Of a stretch of 64,000 nt of DNA, positions 54,125 to 64,000 are shown piece after piece. The position numbers and the translations under genes are program-made. Location of the stretch: positions 28,460,001 to 28,524,000 of the forward strand of contig CM097885.1 in assembly GCA_044892525.1 (NCBI GenBank), in the 5' to 3' direction. A model generated the notes under the pieces. That model was not told the DNA's origin, did not search any database, and worked only from the letters and a program-made list of their open reading frames with translations. Position 1 is the first letter of the stretch. Every line of letters starts with the position of its first letter. The DNA comes from Schmidtea polychroa (taxonomy: Eukaryota).

Positions 54125-57100
54125 GATCGTTAGCTATAATAGAAAAAATAGAGAGTAACTATCAATAATCTACTTCATCCGTCAACAGATTGTACATAAA
54201 AATAAGCATTAGCTGTCTTATGGTCCATTTGATTCACCTATAAAGTTTGCGCAATCATCAGGACAACCCTTTACCGACAAGGGAAACTCACCCCCCACTA
54301 GCATAATTTTATATTGAAAAATAAAAGGTAAAATCTTATGGCATCCCCCCATAGTTATCTAAATTATTTGCAAGAAAATTGGAAATACGCACGAATAGTT
54401 ATTGGAATTAATTTCATTTACATCCGATGGGGAATAGGCATATATTAAGATCAGTTAATAGCAAAATGAGATATGCAGAAATGTAAATTAAATCAATCCT
54501 TATTCATTCCTATCTTGGATCATCAAATAATAAACACTTTAATTAGGAAAGAAATAGATTAGTTATTCTCAATGTGACACTTCAATTATCTCTAGCTATA
54601 ACTGGTTCATAGTCTGTATGTTAGCAAAGATAATAGTTTGCGAATCCACCCATTGAAATCAGCTGTTTGTCGTACATGCACTTTGTAGCGAATTATGTCA
54701 TCGGTGACGTGAAGGTGGAATCAAAAGAATTTAAAGTGAATAGCAAACTAGTGTTTAGCCAGCCTGCTGATAACGCTGTGGTGGTTCTCAGACACTATTT
54801 GATGACTGTTCATTATCTCGATATTTGAATTCAAGTGCACGACAAAATAAGCTTATCTCGATAATTTCATGCGGTTATTCACATGGATCGATTCATGGCA
54901 TTCGATACTCATCAGACGGGATGGGTGGTGTCATCCCAACCATGTAAACTAGACTATGTATATCATATCAAAAATTTGTCATGTCGCATGTGCTTTTACT
55001 CGCTCTAAGTGCTTTTCTCATGGAGTATTTTCGCATCTTATTAATATGCAAGTCTCACAGCGGGATGATCAACTATCATAAAATCATGGAAATTATCGGT
55101 GCCTCGTGACTATGCAACTGTTCTGTGGATGTATTTTCGCAGCCTGCTGTTCCTCGAGCGTGTATCGACTTAAATTGTAATTGTTCAGAAAGAAACGTGC
55201 TCCTCGTGGAATCACATGCTGGCTACTCAATGATCAGTTCTAGCTTACGATGTGCTGAGTACTATCCACAGGTATGACAATGGATCATTTTCGAAAGTAA
55301 CTTTAGTTTTCCGTTTTGTTGTTCAAGAATAAAATGTACATAATTGTTTTTCGCATTTATTTTCGAATATCTATATCGTAAGGAGACGATGAAAAATGGA
55401 CTTATACTAATTTAGATTATTCGAGGAGAATATGAACGGTGAGACAGATCTTATAGGTTTTTGGTGAATTAAAAAAAATGGAAATAAATTTGATGTTCGT
55501 GCGGTGATACTAGTGTGAGTGATGGGAATTGGATGAGACTCACATTGTGCTATTACTTACGAGAATATCCTGAATCAAATATAGCCCCGACGACATCTAT
55601 TTTCGAAGTAATGACTAAATACAATTCATCATAACTGAGCTTTGGTACTTTTACTTATGTGATGGGATGGTTAAGGTGAAGTGACGAATTTTGCGCGAAT
55701 TTTTCAAAGGTAGAGCTAGTCTAAGATCGGTTAAGAAACTTCTGATTACGACAAATGTGCAACACCCTCAATCACTGTGTAGGCCTACTCATGACACATC
55801 CTGCCTCCTACCTCTCAATAGTACGACCGCTTTTCCAATACTCTACATTGACTTTATTTTCACAACAGTATCTCCCACTAGTTTAGGCGCATCTTCAGTG
55901 ATGGACTTGTGGGGAAGCCCCCACATTTCGGCCCGAATCAGCTGCGTGACTGAAATGCTCCGTACCCACCGGCTGAGCACCCGAAGGCCCCTCACACCAT
56001 GGTATGAAACATTTCAGCTCCACGTTACTCAGTGAATTTTTATTAAAGCATGAAAACATAAAAACCTAAAAATATAAAACTCGCATAAAAAATGGTTACT
56101 AATAATTTCATCATAAAAATAATTATTTAATTACATCGAGTGAAAAGGAGAAATGTTTTCAAAATTTTTAATTTTACATCCAAATATTACAAATAGTTAT
56201 TTTCATAAATTACTTAATCATACCACATTATAAAGAAAAACAAAAATTTACCAATATATCCGTTCAAGATTTCTTGATAAGTAAAATCAAATTCTGAAGT
56301 CCTGTTAAATAGTAATTCGAATGATCTGTGGTCTGAATCGATTTCTTCTATTTCTCCTAGATTATCCTGATAACTAATATGTGCGAATGCTAAAGCTGAA
56401 TCGTGGTTTAGTTGACCCTAGATAGTTAATTTGTTAACACTGAAATTTTTGTTTCAGTGCTTACCTTATATACTAATTTTTGCGTGTGTGCGGACCAATC
56501 AAAATTGAGCGCCGCTTAATTATTTGTGTTAATTCAATTTCTATATTTTTTTGCTGATTTTCTTATTTTTTTCTTTGTTTTTATTATATTTTTATTTATT
56601 TTCTTAATTTTCTTATTAACTACTTGATTTTTATGTTATTTTCCTCATTATTGCAGTTTTTCTTATCTTAATTTTTTTTGTTTTAATTTTCATTGCCTTA
56701 TTTATTATTTCTTCTTTATTATGTCTTATTTTATTTTTAATTTTTAGTTTATTTTTCCTGATTTGTTTATCATGTTTGTATTATTTCTTAATGTTACTTT
56801 CTTATTTTTTATTTCAATTCAGCCCAACATAAAAAACAAATAAAATAAAGTGTTGGGCTAGAACTGACTTCTAGACCCAAATTTTTAATTGTGACCGAAA
56901 TATGTAGGTACACAGCATGCAAAAAGCAAAAAGTATAGTTAAATATTGAAAACTACACCAAATAAACAATAGTAATTAAAGGAAAAAACAACAAAAACCT
57001 AAAACACAGAAATTAAATAAAAGTTATACAAAAGCAAGAAGTTATGCAAAATCTAACTCAAAAATAACCAAGTAAACATAGAATTACAAAAAGCAAACTC

Positions 57101-58379
57101 GAATAACTTAAAAGACGATAAAAACAGTAAAAAGATTTCAGAAAAACCCAGAACATTCCATAAAATGGCGACGACCATCACAACGGCCATCTAGAACAAC
57201 AAAAGTTAGAGAAAATAAATAAATTAGTATTAAAAATAAAAAATCTTAAAAGAAATTCATAAAAAAGCAGTTAAAATGAAAATTGTATTAAAAAAATAAA
57301 ATAGAATGTTCTGGAACCGTTCCAAATCCATCATGGACGTAAAATTAATGAAAAATAATTAGAAAATAAAAATTTAAAAATAAAAACAAAAATTATAGCA
57401 CTAAAATTTCCATTAAAAATATCAAAATCACGAAATAGAAAATTCTGGAATAAAAAGAATTCGAGTTTGTTTTAATGCATCAATACATACACGTGTACAA
57501 AATAGGTATATATACCGACGCATTTTAGTCACAATTTAATCTTTTTGTATGCCAAAAATTTTCATCGAAAATCTAATTGACACCGAGAGTAAGAATTTGT
57601 TGATTATATTTATTTTATGATTGTTCTTTTATCATTATAGTTCATTTTATTAATTATATTTTTATCCTTTTTTCATATTTGATTATTACTGAACCAGAGT
57701 GACTAGCGTCGTCGTGAATGGGTAGCATCCGCGACGCTGATCAGTCTTGTTTTCAACCAGTAGCCACATGCACAATTTTTGGGTCTACGACCCCACATGC
57801 ATAAATATTTTAACATTTTTTATTAACCGGAGGTCGCCACGAACAAATGGTTCTAACCAGGAGTAGGGCGGTAAACCCATACCGGTAGTTTGCATAGTCA
57901 TAGGGACTATGCGGATGACATAAACTGCGGGAAAGTAATCGCGGGAAACATAGCACAATAAGGCCTATCGTACCGTATTCAGTTGAGTCGGGAAAGTAGG
58001 AAAATTTTAATTAATTCGACCTTTCGGTAAACGACATACCAAAAATAAACACTTAATTCTGCTATAGGAAATATATCACTAGGAACATCTAAACGGGAAA
58101 TATCCCAGACTCAAATTAATACAGAGGCTTTCGGTAGTCGGCTAATTGCATAAACTAATATCTAATATTAACAGATTTTAGTACTACTATTCATAATTTT
58201 ATTCAATGTAATTTAGTTCACGTTCAATGTACATTTTTATAAACTAAAATCCCTTCAAAATTTTTATTCTTACCTTTATGTGTATTGAAATTTAGTTGAC
58301 ATAAAATCTTCAAAGATTTTTTTGTGTGCGTCCTAAGAATATTATCAACTTTGGTATCATTACTATTATCATGATTGAT

Positions 58380-58880
58380 TTTCTAAAATTACATTATTAA
58401 AGGGTATATCATTCCCATATAACGGCATATCTAGGTATATTAAACTTTCTTAATACATATTTACATTATGTTTAGAAAATGATAAATTATAAATTTTCTC
58501 AAATGACCCCCGGAATATATATTCATCACCCAAATGTCCTAAATGAACTTATTTTAATATATAATTTTAGATAGTAATATGTTAAAATAATAATTTAGCA
58601 ATTTCCATCTTTAGGATCGTTATTATTATTATTAATTTTCTACAAATTACCTTACTAAAGTGTATATTATTACCATATAAAAGCATATAGGAGTATATCA
58701 AGTTTCCTTAATGTATATCTAACTTATATTATGTTTAGAAAAAGCTAAATTACAAGTTTCTTAAATGAACCCCCCCCCGAAATATACCTCCATTACCCAT
58801 TGCATAAATATCCTAAATTAACTTATTTTAATATATATTTAGAATTGTAGTATGTTAAAAATGACGATTTATAAATTTTC
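58380..58880 (+). repeat. Diverged tandem duplication, ~255-bp unit x2
   Basis: ATTATGTTTAGAAAA, TCCTAAAT.AACTTATTTTAATATATA and TATGTTAAAA each occur twice in order. Confidence 0.75.
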
Positions 58881-60895
58881 CTAAATACCCCTGCCATAAA
58901 TCAACTTATTGTGATATAGAAGGATTACTTATAAATTTTCATAAATATCCCCTTTTCGATTCCCATAGTCCTTAAGGACTACCTAAAAGTATTAGTTTAA
59001 TTTGCTTCGGAACCTAGTTAGCTTACATTACTCTTAGAAATATCATCGTACATCTCAGGGCGAAAGATGAGTTCATAATTTTCCGCAAGTGATTCCCCAT
59101 ATGTGGTAATCCTATACACTACGAATTTATATTTATTATTATCATCATTAACCTTATTGTCATTGTTATTATTAATGTTATTATCATTACTAATATTACC
59201 ATTCTCATTGTTATGATTATTGCTATTATTATTATTATCATTATCTTCGTCATTATTATTGATATTATTATTATAATGAATATTATTATTAATATCTTTC
59301 GTATCATTAATACCATCATTATTAAGGTTATTATTATTACCGCTATTAGTGTTATTACCACTTTTTCACCCTTGTCATTTCCATTATTATTTTCCCTATC
59401 ATTATTATTACATTATTAATCAATTATAAATTTTGTTTTAGCAAAAATTAGTGATTTTGGGATCCCCCTATGTCTAAATTTAGTTGCAAGAATCCTACCT
59501 TATTCACTATATAACCTACTCCAACCAATATATCGATTTTCTTAACGTTACTATTAATAGAAAATTCAAACCGATATTATCGATTTTCTTTTCCTTATAT
59601 AAAAATGTAACCAATAGAACCGATTCTATTTATAGAAATAACCATGCAAATTAAGGGGTGCCCTCGCCGAATTTACCCAGACTAACCGAATGGACAAGAC
59701 ATGCATTCTCGCAAACGAGCCAATCACCATCGACCAAGGCAGCAGGAAACCCTGATCTTTGAATACAACCACCGACAACTTGGCTAATTTAACCCCTGTC
59801 ATTCCAGAAGTAGAATCCATGTATACCAGAAAAGACAAGGGACTTCGCTTAAATTAGGATACATGTTCCGTACAACCATGAACCAGGAACAATGAGGAAC
59901 ATATATTACAGTTATAACCGCTAATTACCTAAAAACTAACAAAATTGTCTAATAACTATTACCTTACACTAAATAAATTATTCAATTAAATGCAATAAAA
60001 GCGAAAAATCATTCAATGAAATCAAAAAGAAAAAGAAATTTTTTTTTATTTTATTTAAGGAATCATTTTAAACACTGTAAAAGCCTTACCGATGATGTGG
60101 GAGGGTGAGTGAAAGGAGAGTCACTCGAAATTCCCTTAAGATCCCACGGCATCGATCCAAAATTGAATAATGAATAGAAATTCCCATCTAAACACTTTAC
60201 AAATTGAGTAAGTCGGCATAATTTGGGTTACCACCAAACGGTAACCTGCCGAATACTCTATCCGATGGAAGTGTCGTGCCCGAAACGGAGGGTTCGGAAA
60301 TCCATTTCTGAAATAAAACGAATTTATCAGAATCAAAATTTGATTTACCCACTGAATAGCAATAGATGATCTGGCCACCTACAACCACTATGGTCAGGGA
60401 TTGCGAAGAGCCGAAATAAATTCGGACAATTAACAATGCCGTTTTCCATAATGGGCCTTAGTAGCATAATTTTGTTGAATAAGAGGGAAAAATTTATTTT
60501 TAAAAAAGGAAACTAATGTGAAATAACAAGTTAAACCTCAAATAAGTTAAACAAATTGTTTCGAATATGTGATTTTAATTTAATTTATGAAATTCTAATT
60601 TTTCTATTTTAATTTTGTCCACCCTTAAGTTGTTAAACCCAATTTACCAATCTTTAATGTATGAACTTAATTTAATTTAGTAATCCGGATCTAATTTATT
60701 AAATTGGATATATGAACCAAATATGGAAATTAATTCGTAAATTAATTTACTTTACCTACAAAATCATTGTCTGTTGAATTGGTTGTATATTATGCTTGAA
60801 TATAAATTGTAATGGGGTGTTTGGACATTTTGGAGTGATCGAACGTAAATAGAAGTACAAAGATTTGTTTTAATATTTTTTTTATCATTACAGTC

Positions 60896-61357
60896 ATGTC
60901 CAATGCTGAATTAAGGAACGTACAGGAAGACCGCTCGTCGACCGACTCGAGCCTAGGAATTACCGGCGAGGGGGCAGACGAAGCCGTTCGATTGAGGGAG
61001 GACGCAGAAATCGCCCGGTTACGGTCCAGATGGATCTGGTACAAGATTCATGATTGGACCTACCAGAATGTGGTCCCGGTGATTCCAAAGGTGGAGCCAT
61101 ATCTCAACCATTCGGCATTGGCTTTGATCGACGCATTAGACGATGCGAAGGAGGCGGTGGTCATTGCCAAGATCCGACCTATGAGTGAGTTGTTCCACCA
61201 ATCGAAGGGGTGCCCCCCAACAACAGCAATTCCGAGGAAGAAGATTCGGCCGGGTAAAGCGGCGCGAGCGAGAATAAGGCAAGCCAGCCAGACCCAATTA
61301 ACTCTCCATTCTACTGGATCAGGGGCTACCCCAAGAGAATCGACCAGGAAACTCTAA
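60896..61357 (+). CDS. Orphan-family ORF, 153 aa
   Basis: GC-elevated ORF; VVIAKIRPMSEL and KKIRPGKAARARIR match VISAVRPMSKEL and SKRLGRDGRERLK of 47011-47301; followed by family 3' module. Confidence 0.65.
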   Translation: MSNAELRNVQEDRSSTDSSLGITGEGADEAVRLREDAEIARLRSRWIWYKIHDWTYQNVVPVIPKVEPYLNHSALALIDALDDAKEAVVIAKIRPMSELFHQSKGCPPTTAIPRKKIRPGKAARARIRQASQTQLTLHSTGSGATPRESTRKL

Positions 61358-61726
61358 GTTGTCCATGTTTTCCGAATAAATCTTTACTGGTGTATCCATG
61401 TCTGTACATTTTGATTTTTTTTTTGTGTTGTTGATTATTGCCAAGGGGACGAAAGAAATCGGACATAGACCTTCTATCGGCAGTCCGTGAACCCCAGTGG
61501 GTACTAGACAATTATAGTATGTTAAGCATGCTCACTTTTTGCTAGAACCCAAACCCTTGATACAGTACCAACGTTGATTGCTCAACGGGTATCAAGTGGT
61601 CAGCTATAAATTGTATTCTGGGTTACGCTGGAAACAGCATGAGGAGGTAAAGATTTTTCAGTACCTGTAACCCACCAAAAATAATAAAATATTTATAACA
61701 TTTAAAATTATGTATATTTAATTTTT

Positions 61727-62130
61727 ACCATGTGAAGGATGGTGTTGCTTTTGTGACACTAGAATTGCAATATTAGGATATGTTTATCCTTAATTCTGGT
61801 TCAACATCCAACCGATTTCGATATTTATTCTTCATGTATAATAGCATCGAGAAAGCTCTTTCAAAATGGTATAAAATGGAAGTAAATATTTAATTGCTTT
61901 TTCAGCTAATGTTGGATATACATTTTTAACTTTCAACCAAAACTCTTCAACAGTATGCTCATTAAAAACCAACCTGTAGGAGCTGTCGCATGATAATTCT
62001 GCAAGTTCATCTTGCTCTGAAATTGTCAAATTTTGTACTTCGATATTTTTGCAACAAAATGGATCTCGAACCCATTCATGGTCTGATGTGGTAGAAGGAA
62101 AATAATTTCTAAAAGATTCTTAACATTTTT
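61727..62130 (-). pseudogene. hAT Buster/Charlie transposase C-terminal (dimerisation) fragment
   Basis: WVRDPF, EQDELAELSCD, EEFWLKVKNVYPTLAEKAIKYLLPF, terminal KQHHPSH. Confidence 0.85.
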
Positions 62131-62185
62131 ATATATTCAATTAAAATCTGAATTTCTTCGACAGACAGTTTGTTATCAGAATTTT

Positions 62186-62554
62186 CTAAAAATTATCCAC
62201 AAATCCATTTTTTTCATTATTGCTGGTGGGTTCGACGTTTCGTCGTCTGGCGATCTCCGCCATCTCGATCGCCACTAGTCTGACTTGATCGATCACGGCT
62301 CGATCGATGGCTGCCTGATTCCCCTGGGTTTCTAGTTGTCGGATTCGCAGTCGTAGTGCCTTTATTTTCACCTGGTCTTGAGTAGCCTGGAGTTGCAACT
62401 GTTGGATCAACCGCATACTCTTCTTCATTTCTGTAGGGTTGAACCAGGTATTCTCCAGTTCTCGACATCGACCCTTGAGTCTGTCGATCCACCTGCGCAA
62501 TTCCTCATTCTGTTTTGCCGCTGTCTCCTTATCTGCCCACAGGTTTTCCATCAA
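62186..62554 (-). CDS. Orphan-family ORF, ~122 aa, 3'-truncated
   Basis: ADK...LKGRCRELENTWFNPTEMK links it to 49400/53375; C-terminal half links to 47011. Confidence 0.65.
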   Translation of the reverse strand: MMENLWADKETAAKQNEELRRWIDRLKGRCRELENTWFNPTEMKKSMRLIQQLQLQATQDQVKIKALRLRIRQLETQGNQAAIDRAVIDQVRLVAIEMAEIARRRNVEPTSNNEKNGFVDNF

Positions 62555-62843
62555 TTAGATCACTAAATAATAATTAGGGTGAGAGGTGATTCCATACCGT
62601 TCGAACTAAATTAATCAATGATCCGCATAGTTCACTCATGTCATTAACTTAACCGATCTATAGAACGTGTTTGGCGACTATTGTAGTTAATTTTCGATAT
62701 TTACGATCTTAGTTAGGACATAGCATCTTAGGAATTAATAATTATGAACAAACACAACTTATTTCCAATATATTGTCACTGAAAAATCGATGAAATGAAG
62801 TACATATTATAATTGTAAATTTATTTTTATACCATATATTCAG

Positions 62844-62846
<3 letters not shown>

Positions 62847-62937
<91 letters not shown>
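62847..62937. repeat. (TA)n microsatellite
   Basis: Direct observation. Confidence 0.95.
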
Positions 62938-62941
<4 letters not shown>

Positions 62942-63763
62942 ATAAGCCACAATAATACTATTCATAATTCAATATTCAATAATACTATTATGCTGGTTAT
63001 AATTATAATTTTTTTTCCTCGACTCCTTACGAATTGATTGTCAATTGATTTAAGTCCGACTATTATATAATTCCGGTTTGCGTTTGCTATAAAATTAATA
63101 ATTGAAGAATTTGTAACTTGAAATTACGGAAACTGAACCTGGCATAAATGTTGACATCTTAATTTCATTAATTTTTAATATTAATTAACCTAAATACTAT
63201 GAATAAAGTAAGGGAATTAGTCAAATCAAGAAGCAGGAGAAATTCATATAGAATTTTATTTCATTATAAACAAATAATAAATTCGATCCAGACTACTCAT
63301 TCTGAGTCGGCCGATTGGTTACGGTGGGACTTCGACTTCGAGGGGGCTGCATTTCCTAAAATACAATAATACGTCATCAAATCCAACACCCTAGGCTTAC
63401 CTTTGGTGCCAATAGCTTGTGACGAACAACAATAATCATCTTACCACAAATATTGGGAACCGAAACCGGGTTTTGTACAAATAAGCCATGACCAAAGCAC
63501 CACCAACGATCTGGGGTTTCCAATTGGGCTGGGAGCGAAATAAGAATGCTATTATCATAATACAATGAAATTTGAACCATGACTATTACTAAAAACAAAA
63601 ATTAGCACAATAAAACAAAGGTTACCATGGTTAAGTTGATTAATTTCATGCCATAAATGCCTAATATGCTCTACCACTTAAGTACAACTCGATTTTTAAC
63701 CTAGAAATGATTTTGATAAATTTATGGATTGATTCTTACCATAGCGTATGATTTTGATAAAAT

Positions 63764-64000
63764 TGGTGGGTTACAGGTGGTCAGACATCTCACCCTTTCG
63801 TGCTGTTTCCAGTGTAACCCAGAATACAAGGTTGATTCTACCAATGGACACCCGATGAGCGATCATCGTTGGTAATGTGTCAACTGGGTGAGTACTCGTA
63901 AAAAGTGAGCGCACTACTTGCACTATAATTGTCGGGTACTCTTTGGGTCCACGGACTATCGATAGAAGATTTGTGTCCGATTTCATTGGTCCTTTGCCTC
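63764..64000 (-). repeat. 3' module of the orphan-ORF family (continues beyond window)
   Basis: Reverse complement collinear with 61461-61677, ending CCTGTAACCCACCA. Confidence 0.85.

Larger units (their letters stand above)
56851..61677 (+). mobile_element. Candidate 4.8-kb TG...CA unit (possible giant solo LTR) containing ORF 60896-61357
   Basis: Starts TGTTGGG, ends CCCACCA; the 5' ~200 bp recur at 47461-47285 upstream of another family ORF; TSD not convincing. Confidence 0.4.

Noticed and set aside
54245..54920. CTGATGA on the minus strand (~54257, ~54910) as hammerhead ribozyme cores
   Set aside because: No properly placed stem II plus GAAA and no stems I/III found
43374..62130. hAT N-terminal (43.4 kb) and C-terminal (61.8 kb) fragments as one split transposase
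   Set aside because: Both are on the minus strand but in the wrong order (C-terminal piece is upstream), so they are separate remnants

Overview
Very AT-rich eukaryotic (metazoan) genomic DNA with long (ATT)n/(TA)n microsatellites and ~40-45-bp introns; a planarian-type flatworm is a plausible but unproven source. Host content is sparse: exon 1 of an NPY/NPF-type rhodopsin GPCR, a GTF2H3/Tfb4 pseudogene, an intronless Pim-like kinase with degenerate motifs and four exons of METTL23. Most of the window is mobile DNA. Two things stand out. (1) A 14,031-bp element (13631-27661) with Polinton/Maverick-type ends (AGTAG...CTACT, 6-bp TSD CAAAAA, ~700-bp TIRs) that lacks Polinton core genes, is largely a nested palindrome built from satellites, has TIRs packed with transcription-factor motifs, and carries one intact, apparently spliced IAP-type RING gene at its centre; a separate Polinton-type DNA polymerase B fragment lies at 41.7-42.7 kb. 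(2) An unrecognised repeat family at 47-64 kb (plus one end at 7.7-8.2 kb): five related orphan coiled-coil ORFs and seven related structured 3' modules that end in CA-N-CA; one copy may span a 4.8-kb TG...CA unit resembling a giant ORF-bearing solo LTR. Also present: Merlin, piggyBac, hAT/Buster, Penelope GIY-YIG and Gypsy remnants and several MITEs with readable TIRs/TSDs. All calls are by eye; no database searches or folding programs were run.
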